Origin: Octopus vulgaris
Lineage: Eukaryota
Assembly: GCA_951406725.2 (NCBI GenBank)
Contig: OX597818.1
Coordinates: 47,492,001 to 47,556,000, forward strand
Direction of reading: 5' to 3'
Length of the DNA: 64,000 nt
Shown here: positions 12,425 through 25,609 of the stretch, piece by piece
Position numbering within the stretch: the first letter of the stretch is position 1
Layout of the letters: each line of letters starts with the position of its first letter
Notes under the pieces: generated by a model
The model's database searches: none
What the model saw: only the letters and a program-made list of their open reading frames with translations
What the model was told of the DNA's origin: nothing
Program-made: the position numbers and the translations under genes

Positions 12425-14385
12425 AGAAACAATCTTACAGTCAACTACTGAGCCATGATTATGCATTCTCTTCTAGTGATAGACTATTTTCTCAGTAATC
12501 TTTGTCTTAATCACACTTAATCCAGCTCAATTCTGAGAGAATCCACCAGAACAAGCAGAGTAATTGAAGTGGATAAGAATTAGATTAATAATAAGCAACA
12601 TATCTGATTTCTGCTAATGCCATACAGGTAGGATTGACAGATGAACTAAAAGAGCTGGTTCTTTGAACTCTTCAGCAAGATAATCATCATCATCATCATC
12701 GTTTAACGTCCATTTTCCATGCTAGCATGGGTTGGACAGTTTGACTGGGGTCTGGGAAGCCAGCAGGCTGCACCAGGCTCCAGTCTGATCTGGCAGTGTT
12801 TCTACAGCTGGATGCCCTTCCTAACGCCAACCACTCCGTGAGTGTAGTGAGTGCTTTTTACGTGCCACCGGCACAGGTGTCAGGGGAGGCTGGCAGCGGC
12901 CACAATCGGTTGGTGCTTTTTATGTGCCACCGGCACAGAAGCCAGTCAAGGTGGCACTACTTGTTTCAATCACTGGACTGTGGCTATGCTGGGGTACAAC
13001 CTTGAAGGATTTAGTTGAAAAAATATCAACCTCATTATTTATTTTTTAAGTGTAGAACCACTAATTTAAGATGTAAACAAACCAACACCAGTTGTCAAGT
13101 GGTGAGAGGTGGAAGATAATCACAAATACATATATAAAATGAGCTTCCTCACAGTTTCCATCTACCAAATTCACTCACAAAGCATTGGTCAATCTGGGAC
13201 TATCGTAGAAGACACTTGCCAAAGGTGTCATACAGAGGTATGATTTTAATGGTTATGTTGTTCATGGAAGCTACAGCTTCATTTACAAGAAATATATTTC
13301 TTTACTGCCCACAAGGGGCTAAACATAGAGGGGACAAACAAGGACAGACAAAGGGATTAAGTCAATTACAAGACATCAATACAGTTGGAGGACTGATTTA
13401 CATTACAAAATTCAGGAAACCAGCCAACTGGTCACCTGCCACACAGGTAGTCAGAAGAGTCAAACGATTTTGTATTTACTAAAAAACATGTCAAGCTATG
13501 AACACTACATCTTTTGGGGAAGAATTTTGATCGATTTTTAGCTTGAAGCAAGTAAGATTCAGAAACTAAAGATAAGAAAGAAAAGAAAAGTAAGAAAGTT
13601 AATAGACACCCTTGGTGTTACTACTAAGTGATATAAGGGCAGGGAGGTGCAGGAAGAGAAAGAGAATTATAACTTAGGGAGGTATTGAGTGTTACTAAAG
13701 AACAACCTGCTTTATGTCACTGCAAGTTCTACGGATGAAACAAAAGGTAAGAGAGGAAGTTATACATTTGTCATTGTTTTGATGTCCATTTTTCCATGTT
13801 CCCATGCACTGAACAGAATTTGTTGAGGATCTTTTTATAGTGGATGCCCTTCCTATTGCCAACCCTTGTTTATTTCCAAATAAGGTAATATTCCCCATGA
13901 CCAGACATGTTTTCATGGAAGATTGGAAATGAAGAAAACTGTGCTTGCATGATGGTAACATTTATTTACACCCATCACATGATGTCAAGGCAAGGAGACA
14001 GTAACACATACATACAGAGATATATGCAACAGGTTTCTTTCAGCTTCCTTATTTCTTTACTGCTCACAAGGGGCTAAACATAGAGGGGACAAACAAGGAC
14101 AGACAAAGGGATTTTAGTCGATTACATTGACCCCAGTGCGTAACTGGTACTTAATTTATCAACCCCGAAAGAATGAAAGGCATAGTCAACCTCGGCGGAA
14201 TTTGAACACAGAACATAACAGCAGACAAAATACTGCTAAGCATTTCTCCCGGCATGCCAACATTTTTGCCAGCTCGCCACCTTCTTTTCCATCTACCAAA
14301 TCCACTCAGCTCAAGGTTATAGAAGACACTTACCCAAGGTGCCACATAATGGGACTGAAGCTGAAACTATGTTGAATGTTATTAA

Positions 14386-14600
14386 CCCTTTCATTACCAA
14401 CCCGGCCAAAACCGGCTCTGGCTCTATAGTACAAATGTCTTGTTTTCATAAGTTCTGAATTAAAATCTTCCACCAAACCTTAGTCGCAATTTATGTTCCT
14501 AACACTAGCTGAATGATAATTAAGTTATTTTACTAAATTCTTTGTTATATTTGAAGAAAGAAACACAGAGCATCTCAAAATAAATACAGTAACAAAAGGG
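14386..14600. mobile_element. piggyBac-like MITE (family 1)
   Basis: TTAA|CCCTTT ... AAAGGG|TTAA. Copies at 5575-5795, about 6863-7448 (interrupted) and about 51385-51621. Confidence 0.8.
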
Positions 14601-15049
14601 TTAAAGAACAACCTGCTTTGAATCATAGCAAGTTCTATGGATGAGGTAAGGCTCCAGCCAGACAAGCTGCAAGTGATGAAATAGTAGATAGGACTATAAA
14701 AGCTAAACAGGAAAGAGTGCAAAAAAGAGCAGGGACTTTGCAAGAGATATCAGAAGCTACACATAAAACAAAATCAGGAGGGAAAGTTGGAATAGATTTG
14801 CTAAATGTTCTGCAGCCTGATACAAATAAAGCATTCTGAACTACAAGACATAATATTGTCTGATGCATGGATGTTGAATGATGATGACGATAAATTAAGA
14901 TGAGATGAAGCCTCCGTTAGATTTGCAGAACTTCTGGCATACATTGCATTGAAAGGTAAGCACAGATTTGTTTAGAAATAGCGAATTAAAACTTGAAATG
15001 AAAACATTAAAATTAGACAGGGATAGACTTTGCAGGTTTTATGTCAATA

Positions 15050-16120
15050 GTGGAAGTTGAAATTGAGAAACCTTTTTAAAGAAGTGAATCTAATAATATT
15101 CTAAGGTGTATTTGTAGAGAATTTCATTAAAAAATATTCATTTTCTTGAAAGTTAAGACAAACTGAAGTAGACTTGGTGAATTTTCAAAAAATTCCCCAC
15201 CCCTCCTAAAACATTTACCCACACCAAAAAATTGTATATATTGGAAATCAACATGATATAATACATATTGGTAGAAAATTTTATTAAAAAATATCCATTT
15301 TTCTGAAAGTTAAGCTTGTCGAAATTTGGGAGGGGGCAGAAATCTGTAGTTATGCCGGCAAATTTAACACTTTCCTTCTACGCATGGTTATATATGTATA
15401 CAGAAATACACAAGTGCAGAAGATAGTAAACAATGAAAATAACTTGGAAACGGAAACTATGTTTCTTAATACAACAGGCAGAACATAAATAAGACATTTT
15501 AACAGAAAATAAAGTACTGTATGCGTTGAAGAGAAATTTATCATTCAATGAACCAAAAAGCCAGTACTGAAGGAAACAGAAAAACACAAAACTGTACAGA
15601 TTGAAGTGAAATTTATGAAGATACTTCTGTCAGTAAATTATGAAATTACTTGCATCAGTAATTGTGAACTTCTTTCAGTCAGTAATTTGTTGTTTGTTTG
15701 TAAATAGCGATTCAAAAGTTAGACTTAAAATAAAAACAATAACATGGAGGTTAAACAATGGCGTATGAAAATTGAAAGTGAAAAGAATAACGTCTGAAAA
15801 ATAAAAGCAAAAACAAGAGATAGAGAGATATGTTACAGAGAGATAGAGATGGATAGAGAGATATACATAAAGAGATATGTTACGTCACAGATGCTAGAAA
15901 ACGGGTAGTAGATATTTTAAAAACTTTCGAAGATGTGAATGTAATATAAAAAGCAATAACTTTATTTTTAAGAATTTTTAATTAAAAAAAAATCAAATCA
16001 AGACCCTATTATATGTCCGAGCTAAAATTATTCATGCATCACAAGTATGGAAGTAATTGGTGAAGCCGTTTTTGCATGCAAAGTGAATACACACACACAT
16101 CTCTATTTTATATATTAGAT
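15050..16120 (-). mobile_element. Helitron-like remnant
   Basis: Minus-strand start ATCTAATATATAAATAGAGATGTGTG, with an end architecture like 6968-7334. Internal ~180-bp-spaced repeat (GTAGARAATTT..TTAAAAAATAT.CATTTT). Left boundary uncertain. Confidence 0.4.
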
Positions 16121-16201
16121 ATATATATATATATATATATATATGTCCAACCCATGCTAGCATGGAAAGCGGACGTTAAATGATGATGATGATGATGATG
16201 A

Positions 16202-16250
<49 letters not shown>

Positions 16251-16254
<4 letters not shown>

Positions 16255-17471
16255 GTTGGCAAGAAAATAATTTCGTTTTTCGCAAATAAAGTTATGATTT
16301 TTTTGAATGACTTGCGTCGAGGTTATGACTTTTTTCTTTTTGACATTTGATAGCCATTATTTTAGAAGCAAATTGCATGTAATTTTGTTTATAGCTGTTA
16401 GTTCAGTATCAATTTTAACATGGAGTGCAAAAATGAACATTTTCGCTATATTTTGGCAAGAAAGCTGCTGAGGCTTACAAAGAGGTATGTGAAGTTTATG
16501 GTGTTGATTGCTTAACAGAACGCACATGTCAAAAATGGTTTTAAAAATTCCATTCTGGAGATTTTTCACTCAAAGATTACCAATGTTCTGGTCAACCTAC
16601 TGAATTTGACAATGACCAAATCAAAGCTATAATTGAATCTGATTGTCATATAACTATACGAAAGATTGCAGAGAGGTTAAATGTATCACACAGCAATTGA
16701 AAATCACTTGTCTTGAACTCATTAAGAGTTGGGTTCCACATAAATTGAAAGAGATTCACTTAACACAACAAATCAATATTTTCAATATGCATCTCAAACA
16801 CAATGAAATCAACCTTTTTTTTTTAAACGAATCATCACTGGTGATGAAAAATGGATTGTCTACAATAACATCAATCGAAAACGATCATAGTCCAAGCGTA
16901 ATGAACCAGCACATACCACTGTGAAAGCTGAATTGCATCAAAAAAAGGTCATGTTGTCAATTTGGTGGGATTACAAAGATATTGTATATTTTGAGCTGCT
17001 TCCAAGGAACCAAACAATCAATCCAGATGCTTGCTGTCAACAACTAATGAAACTGGAGGAAGCAATCAAAGAAAAATGGCCAGAATTGGCAAATTGTAAA
17101 GGAATTATGTTCCACTATGACAACACTAGACCACACATCTTTGCTAACTTGTGAAAAATTATTGGAGCTTGGTTTGAAGTGATGTGACATCCACCATATA
17201 GCCCTGACCTTGTACCATCAGATTACCATTTATTTTGAAGTTTTCAAAATTCGTTGAATGGTAAAACTTTCAATAATAATGATTACCTGAACTCGTACTT
17301 CAGTTTTTGACTGATAAGGACCAGAAGTCCTATGAGCACAGAATCATGATGTTGCCAGAAAGATGGCAAAAAGTCATCAAACAAAATGGAAAGTATATAT
17401 TTGATTAAAGTTTATTCTTTGTATGAAAAAAAAAGTCACACTAAGACAAAATGACTTTCTTGCCAACCCAA
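16251..17471 (+). mobile_element. Full-length decayed mariner (DD34D) transposon, mellifera-subfamily-like
   Basis: TIRs TTGGGTTGGCAAGAAA... / ...TTTCTTGCCAACCCAA. About 1.22 kb, inserted in (TA)n. Confidence 0.95.
16420..17408 (+). pseudogene. Mariner transposase pseudogene
   Basis: Motifs in order across frameshifts and stops: MECKNEHFRYIL, TERTCQKWF*KFHSGDFSLKD, WVPHKLKE, IITGDEKWIVYNN, HQKKVMLSIWWDYK, HYDNTRPH, HPPYSPDLVPSDYHLF, MLPERWQKVIKQNGKYIFD*. Confidence 0.95.
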
Positions 17472-17516
17472 GATATATATAATCATTATCATTTAACATC
17501 AGTGTTCCATGCTTAC

Positions 17517-17552
<36 letters not shown>

Positions 17553-17770
17553 ATTTTATTTACATATACACACATTTTAGTTATATACATACATTTTAAA
17601 CACCACCTCAAAATGGACCGTTCCCTATTACTTGTAGTTTAACACCAGGCAGACTCTCTGCCAGCTGGTTATCAGTGCGACTCTGCACCCTTTATATACA
17701 ATATATAGTTAGCAGGGGGAGTGAAAATATATATATATACATACATACATACACACACATTTTATGTGTA

Positions 17771-17810
<40 letters not shown>

Positions 17811-17813
17811 ATC

Positions 17814-18062
17814 ATCGTCGTTTAACGTCCGTTCTCCATGCTAGCATGGGTTGGACGGTCGACCGAGTTCTGGGAAGCCAGAAGGCTGCACCAGGCTCAG
17901 TCTAATCTGGCAATGTTTCTACAGCTGGATGCCCTTTCTAACATCCAGCTGTAGAAACATTGCCAGATTAGACTGGAGCCTGGTGCAGCCTTCTGGCTTC
18001 CCAGAACCCCGGTCGAACCGTCCAACCCATGCTAGCATGGAGAACGGACGTTAAACGACGAT
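17814..18062. repeat. Near-perfect palindrome of an RTE 3'-end segment (arms ~118-121 bp, 10-nt loop)
   Basis: 17814-17931 is the reverse complement of 17942-18062, apart from a few differences. Confidence 0.95.
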
Positions 18063-18418
18063 ATATATTATATATATATATATAGTAAATCCATAAAAAT
18101 GAAGAACAAACCAACGCGAGTATATGGTACATGTAAAGTATTAGCTGATGCTCAGGGAAGGAGAGAAAGGTGGTTTTATGTTTTGAGCAAAGCTCTTCTT
18201 CAGAAACAGGAGAGTCCAATAGAAAAGGAAGACGGAGGAAAAAAAATCGCTAACAATTCACATGTGGCTACATATATATATATACACTATTTATATGTAT
18301 ATACATACATATACATACTTTATATATATATATATATACATACACACACATATACATATATATACATACTTTATATATATATATATACATACACACACAT
18401 ATACATATATCTATACAC

Positions 18419-18451
<33 letters not shown>

Positions 18452-18818
18452 TTTTATATAATGTTATGTCGCACGTTCAGATGACCTCTACTCAGCTCTT
18501 CTACTCTACCCTGACGTCTAGACTTCTCCCTCTATATATACATATTGCACTAGCCTACTTCATCGTCTGGGGGCATCAACACAACATATAAATATATACT
18601 CTTTTACTTGTTTCAGTCATTTGACTGCGGCCATGCTGGAACACCGCCTTTAGTCGAGCAAATCGGACTTATTCTTTGTAAGCCCAGTACTTATTCTATC
18701 GGTCTTTTTTGCCGAACCACTAAGTGACGGTGACGTAAACACACCAGCATCAGTTGTCAAGCAATGCTAGGGGGACAAACACAGACACAGCCACTTCTGC
18801 ACCTATATACATACATTT

Positions 18819-18851
<33 letters not shown>

Positions 18852-18858
18852 ATATATA

Positions 18859-18890
<32 letters not shown>

Positions 18891-20626
18891 CATACATACA
18901 CACTTATTTTATACATATATATGTACACACACACACACACATCATCATCATCATCATCAACATTCAACAGCCATTTTCTATGTTGGCATGAGTTGAATGG
19001 CTTGGAAAGAATTCGCAAGGCAAAAAGTAGCACCAGGTTTCATAGGCTGTTTTGGCTTGGTTTCTATAGCTACATGTCCTTCCTAATGCCAACCACTTCA
19101 CAGTGTGTACTGGGTGCTTTTCACATGGCACCAGCACCCACACCAATGCTTTTTACATGGTACCTTGGTTTTAAGATAGCAACTCTATTGAAATGGGCAG
19201 GTCCCCTTGAATGCAGCAATGCACCACATATCTCAGTCCTCTGTCATCTCCTTTGAGAGTTTCAGCGCTTTGACATCAGATATATATACACACACACACG
19301 TATATTGGATGCTTTTTATGTACCATCGGCATGGGTGCCAATGACCTGACACTGACATTGACCACAACTACAGTCTCACTTGGTTGTAGACCTGTCAAAC
19401 CAAGTGAAGCTGTAGTCATGGCTGATGTTGGTGTCAGATCATTAGCACCTGTGCTGGTGGCACATAAAAAGACATCCACTCTCGGAGTGACTTGCGTTAG
19501 GAAGGGCATCCAGCCATAGAAACCTTGCCAAATCAGAACATGGTGCAGCCCTGCCCAGCTTACCAGTTTTCAGTCAAACTGTCTAACCCATGCCAGCATG
19601 GAAAGTGGACATTAAATGATGATGATTGGCTTCTTTAAATTTCCATTGACCGAATCCATTCACAAGGCTTTGGTCAGCCAGAGGCTATAATAGCAGACAC
19701 TTGCTCAGGTGCCATGTGGTGGTTCTGAACCTAAGACCACATGTTTGGGAAGCAAATTTCTTACCCGCAGAGCCACATCTAAAATAGACAAATTTTTGAG
19801 GAATGGTAGTTACCTCAATTTACCAGTTAATTTATGGCCACCCAATAAACTTGCTGGCTTCTTGGATGAATGTATCTCTTCTTATATAAGGGCTTAGTGG
19901 TCAGGGTATTTGGATCATGATTGTAAGGTAATGAGTTCAATTCCTGGCAGTGGGTTGTGTCCTTGAGCAAGACACTTTATTTCAAGTTGACTTATATTTC
20001 AAGGGGCCAGCCTTGTCACACTATGTCATGTTAAATTTCCCTGAAAACCATGTTAAGGGTACATGTGTCTGTGGAGCGCTCAGCCACTTGCACATTAATA
20101 TCACAAGCAGACTGTTCTGTTGATCGGAACAACTACATCCGTCATCGTCATAACCAACAGTGTCAGTTCTATCTCTCCTAATATATTTTGTTCTAATGGT
20201 AGCATTTCATGCTTCTTCATTTTAAATGTTACTGAAGGTAAGAATATTTACATCATTTTAAATACACTTCGCTTCAAGCATCCTGACATGTTGTTTTCAA
20301 TTTAAAACATTTCACATTATACATTCTTCATGAGAGACCATGCCTCCATCCATGTTCACCACCCATTGCATTTCCTTCTATCAAACTGCCTCTTAAACTT
20401 TCACAAACTTAATTACTCGCCATAACACTTCTTTTTTATTCACCTCTGGTAACTTGAAGGTATGTAGCCACATGGCTTAGTGGTTAGGGTGTTGGACTCA
20501 AGATTCTAAGAGTATGATTTTGATTCCTGGACTTGGCAATGCATTGATTTCATCTCTCATTACTCCAGTTCAATCAGCTGGCAAAAATGAGTAATGCTGC
20601 GATGGACCAGCATCCCGTCCAAGGAG

Positions 20627-20666
<40 letters not shown>

Positions 20667-20781
20667 TTCCATGCTAGCATGGGTTGGATGATTTGACTGA
20701 GGGCTGGCAAACCAGATGGCTGCACCAGGCTCCAATCTTGATCTGGCAGAGTTTCTACAGCTGGATGCCCTTCCTAACACC

Positions 20782-20813
<32 letters not shown>

Positions 20814-21672
20814 GCCAGAGAAACCAACCATTTGCTCCTTATGGAATAATGTGGACTAACCCTACTTGAAGGTACCGTCATTCATTTTCTCTTCTGATTA
20901 GGGCAACCATGTATCTCCCCTGCAGCAAGAACTTGTCCCTCCGTCATACTTTAATCTTTCATCACCTGGCATAAAGCTACCTCCTTCAATATTACATGCA
21001 TCTCATTTGAGGTGTCTTAACTCGTGAGTCACTTGGTAACCTCACTAGTGTCTACCACATAAAGAGCACCCAATACACCCTGTAAAATAGTGGGGCATTA
21101 GGAAGAGATTCTAGCTGTAGAAACCATGCCAAAGTAGACGCTGACATTTAATGCGGTCCTCTGGTTCACCAGCTCCAGTCAAACCATTCGACCCATGGCA
21201 GCATCAAAAACTGACATTAAATGATCATGAATCTCTCTCTCTACAAATCAAGCTAAACCAAGTGTCCTAGAGTATAACATTACAGTGATGTCTACACACC
21301 ATCATCTATAATAAACTCAATTCTACATGTATATACAGCATTTTTCACCCAAGATGCATCATCAACAGAAATGGTTAAGTTTGCTTTCTTGCACAGAACA
21401 ATCTTTACCCTCATATACAATTGCTTTGTCAGTCTTAAGTGTGTACAGCAAATCTATATATATATATATATACTTTTACTCTTTTACTTGTTTCAGTCAT
21501 TTTGACTGCAGCCATGCTGGAGCACCACCTTTAGTCGAGCAAATCGACCCCGAGACTTATTCTTTGTAAGCCCAGTACTTATTCTATCGGTCTCTTTTGC
21601 CGAACCGCTAAGTGACAGGGACGTAAACACACCAGCATCGGTTGTCAATCAATGCTAGGGGGACAAACACAG

Positions 21673-21730
<58 letters not shown>

Positions 21731-21858
21731 TCGACAAGCTTCTTTCAGTTTCCGTCTACCAAATCCACTCACAAGGCATTGGTCAGCCCGGGGCTATAGT
21801 AGAAGACACTTGCCCAAGTGGGACTGAACCCGGAACCATGTGGTTGGTTAGCAAGCAC

Positions 21859-21890
<32 letters not shown>

Positions 21891-23229
21891 GGTCACACTT
21901 AGTTTATTCTTCTGCCATTACTTACAAGCTGCCAAAAGTATCTTTATGCATGGGACACCAAAGTTGCAAAGTTGTAAGAAATAGGGAAACTGTGACACTT
22001 CCTGGTGTCCCAAACAAGTGAAATGATTCCCTCCAAGAATTTAAAACCAATAAAATCTAATAATAACACTGGCCAAAATTAAATGGTTGCAGTGGAGTAA
22101 CAAATGCAGACCAGTTAGTTGATATTCTAAAAATTTGTATATAATTTACACTCACCCACAAACATAAATAATACCTTATTTGTATAAGAAAGGGAGAGAA
22201 ACACATTATGGCTTTGAATATAGTCATTAATTCAAATTAATTAAAACAACCTTTCTTTATCAAAAAAAATGTGTTGTAAAGATTGAGACCAAGTCATACA
22301 TAACTATATATATTTACGTTTGAAAATTATTTAAACTATTAAACCTTAAATCTACTAAGTTTTGATAGGTACATTTTCTAATCAGTTTCACAAGCCTTAT
22401 TTTTTAAATATATCTACTTTAAAAGCTCAACTCGAAATATTTATACGAGTCTCAACACATGTCCTATGTGCCGGTCCAAAATTCAGTGCTATAGTTGTGT
22501 TTAGTGGCGTAGTAAATAAAGAATTTACGTTCAAGTTTTCGGGAAAAGACTCTGAAAACCTCCAAACATCTTATATTAATGAAAAAACAAATCAATATTA
22601 ATATACCGCCAAAAACATTTCATAAGCTATAAGCAATAAATAGAATTCGTGGAATGAATCGAATTGTCAATAACAGTTCAATTCGGAAGGGCGGGATATT
22701 AATAAAAGGTTTATATGCAACTATCATACAGTTTTAATAATTTTGGAAGATATTTTACTTTTAGTACTAAGATTCTGTGAATCAAAATAGCATCCGAAAA
22801 TACCATAATTTCCACTTTTATTGTAATGATTTAGTAAATATGATTAACATTCTCATAGGATAACTTTAGTATTGTTAACAGGGCTTAAAGTGCTTCTAAG
22901 ACGTTAATAAGTTTTGGAGAAGTAAATTTGTAATAGTTTCGCTTTACCTAATGTTAGAATATTAATCTTACAGTAAGTAAGCTTAATATTTCCTAAACTT
23001 AAGGATCTATAAAAGTAGATACAGATGTTTATTTTCTGAAGTGTATAATAAAGCTACCTAATTATTAAACACGTTACAGTGAACTTATGAATTTCATTTC
23101 GGGTTGAACTTAAATGTAAACAGAATGAGGGGAGACTAAATTCAATTTATCCATTTATGCTTTTTGCAAAATGTTTTTAAAAATTTGCAAAATATTCATC
23201 ACAAAGTTGACAATGAACTCATCTAACTA

Positions 23230-23446
23230 GATATACACACACACACATATATATATACACACAGATATGTATACACACATATACACAGATATGTATACAC
23301 ACACACACATATATATATATATACACACACACATATATATATATACATACACCCCACATATACATATTTATATACACCCTTATATGTGTAGATATACACA
23401 CGTGTACGAATGTTTGTGTATACATAGATATTACACAGATATGTAT

Positions 23447-23530
<84 letters not shown>

Positions 23531-23620
23531 TCCACATATACATATTTATATACACCCTTATATGTGTAGATATACACACGTGTACGAATGTTTGTGTATA
23601 CATATAGATATTATACACAC
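23230..23620. repeat. Compound CA/TA microsatellite with ~178-bp tandem duplication
   Basis: CCACATATACATATTTATATACACCCTTATATGTGTAGATATACACACGTGTACGAATG occurs at about 23354 and 23532. Confidence 0.85.
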
Positions 23621-24131
23621 AACACTTGTATACCATAACCAGTAATATACTGCGTAAATAATTATGAGTGTATAATATAAAATTATTCAAGCACCTTTCA
23701 TTAAATATATACATATACACATATATATACATTGTATATATATTCGGTATAAGTGCTTGAATAAGTTTATAGTTTATATTGAAACATTTTATGGGTATAA
23801 ATTCTTTATAAACAGAAAATATAAAAAGCAGGATTAATGCTAAACAAAGCTAGTTTTCATTCCAGTTTCCAAACAATAAAAGCAATAAGTTCTTGTCTTT
23901 AATATTGCAGGAAGCCGGGCCATCGTGGAGAGCAAAATCTCAAAACAAAACAAGAAAGTAAGGAAGAGGTGGGGGACCACAATCACACAAATACTGTATA
24001 TATTCATTTCATTCAGGATAGGAGGAGATTTTTTTTTTTTTTTGTAAAAAAAAAGCTTAGGTCGTTGTTTTTTTTTAGAGGAAAAAAACAGACGTAACAG
24101 AAAAATAATTTTGTATTTTAATTAAGATTAC

Positions 24132-24156
24132 CTCCACCGTAGACACCGCCGCTCAT
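24132..24156 (-). CDS. ACTL6A: Actin-like protein 6A (BAF53/Arp4) first coding exon
   Basis: Minus strand reads ATG AGC GGC GGT GTC TAC GGT GGA G|GTAATC = MSGGVYGG + phase-1 donor. This is the conserved N-terminus MSGGVYGGDEVGALV of ACTL6/BAF53 proteins, and the 25-nt exon and intron position match my recollection of the vertebrate gene. 6A vs 6B cannot be resolved; invertebrates usually have one gene. Confidence 0.88.
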
Positions 24157-24340
24157 TGTGCAAAAAAGATATTTGTTTGTAGCACGCGGTTAAGACAAAG
24201 CGAATAAATATAAAATGGGAGAACTGTGGAAAGTTGCTGCTTGCCGCCAGACGTTTTGTAGTGAGGTGACTCTCACACAGTCACTCATCCGATCGATCGT
24301 CTATTCTCCTCTCTCTCTTTCTCCTTTCACTTCAAATAAA
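24157..24340 (-). promoter_or_regulatory. ACTL6A 5'UTR / core promoter region
   Basis: Unique, CpG-containing sequence directly upstream of the ATG, with a CCCATTTT (YY1-like) motif on the minus strand and a GA-rich tract. TSS not determinable. Confidence 0.5.
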
Positions 24341-24367
24341 ATATATATATATTAAAAAAAAAAAAAT

Positions 24368-24836
24368 TGTTTTTTTCTTTCGTTAATATACTTTACTGCA
24401 TACCGAAACTGAACGATTCATTCAAATGGTCGCACTTTCTAGTTTTTAATTTAATTTAATTCATTTAAATAATTATTTTTTCTTTAAAAATATATACATT
24501 TTTAAAACTAAATTTTACAACCTGCAGTGTGTATATATATATCTGTGTGTGCGTATGTATACCCAGTGCGAAATATATATATATATATCTATAAAATATA
24601 TATATATATATATATTTAAAAAATGTTTTTTTCTTTCGCTGATATACTTTACTGCATACCGAAACTGAACGATTCAAATAGTCGCACTTTCTAGTCTTAA
24701 TTTAATTTAATTCATTTAAATATTTATTTTTTCTTTAAAAATATGTACATTTTTAAAACTAAATGTTACAACCTGCAGTGTGTATGTGTGTGTATATATA
24801 TCTATGTGCGTGTGTGTATACCCAGTGCGAAATATA
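24368..24836. repeat. ~255-bp tandem duplication upstream of ACTL6A
   Basis: ATATACTTTACTGCATACCGAAACTGAACGATTCA...CAACCTGCAGTGTG...ATACCCAGTGCGAAATATA occurs twice. Confidence 0.9.
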
Positions 24837-24929
24837 CATACATACATATATATATGTATGTGTGTGAGTGTATGTATATATGTACGTTAAAAGTATTGGG
24901 GGTGGTGTACAGATTTAATACATATGAAA

Positions 24930-24992
<63 letters not shown>

Positions 24993-25471
24993 TATTTTAA
25001 ATGTGCTTTCAGTTGAATAATAATAATTTTATCTCGTTTTTAAAAGCCTTGTACATTTTTTTAAAAAATCAAAATAAATAATTATTATTATAATCATATG
25101 CATTATCTACGTTGCATTAATAACCAAATGTTTGAATTTAAAATTTTAACTAAATATTTAGATTTATTTATAATTGCATTTAATAAATAATAAATGAACC
25201 TACTAGCTTTCTTTCCTCTCCTATTCTGGTTATATCAAGATAATTTTCTAATACTGCATTTATATAAACGAAAGACAAAAACCATATTTTTAAGAGAGAG
25301 AGAGAGTAAATGTGATGTCCTGATGTTCATGCCTCTCCCAAAGGTAGTATCATCGTATACGACTAGTAGACATCAATGTTTGTTTTTATTGCTTGTTTCA
25401 ACAACACAAAGGAGTCCTTTTGTTGTTTTATTTTTACTATCAGCATTCCGAAATTTATAATACATGTGACC

Positions 25472-25609
25472 ATGGATCTTACGTCAGTATCGACGACGGA
25501 TTCCAGTAGTTTCCGTCCACCGACTGATGAAGCACATTGTGTGGAAGTAAAAATAGCGGACTGTTACACAGACACTGCAATCTATATATTTCGCACATGC
25601 TCAGCACAG
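25472..25609 (+). CDS. Candidate exon of a gene or transcript divergent from ACTL6A
   Basis: accATGG Kozak context. CpG-retaining, non-repetitive ORF MDLTSVSTTDSSSFRPPTDEAHCVEVKIADCYTDTAIYIFRTCSAQ. Upstream acceptor tttttactatcag at 25443; weak donor CAG|GTTAAA. No family recognised. Confidence 0.3.

Noticed and set aside
13698-14960. ~40-bp direct repeat (13698 / 14604) and faint LINE-like coding traces at 14640-14870; similar traces at 40850-41030
   Set aside because: Too degraded to assign from sequence alone.
25520-25550. CTGATGA-stem-GAAG hammerhead-like motif
   Set aside because: Lacks GAAA and I see no stem I/III pairing; likely chance.
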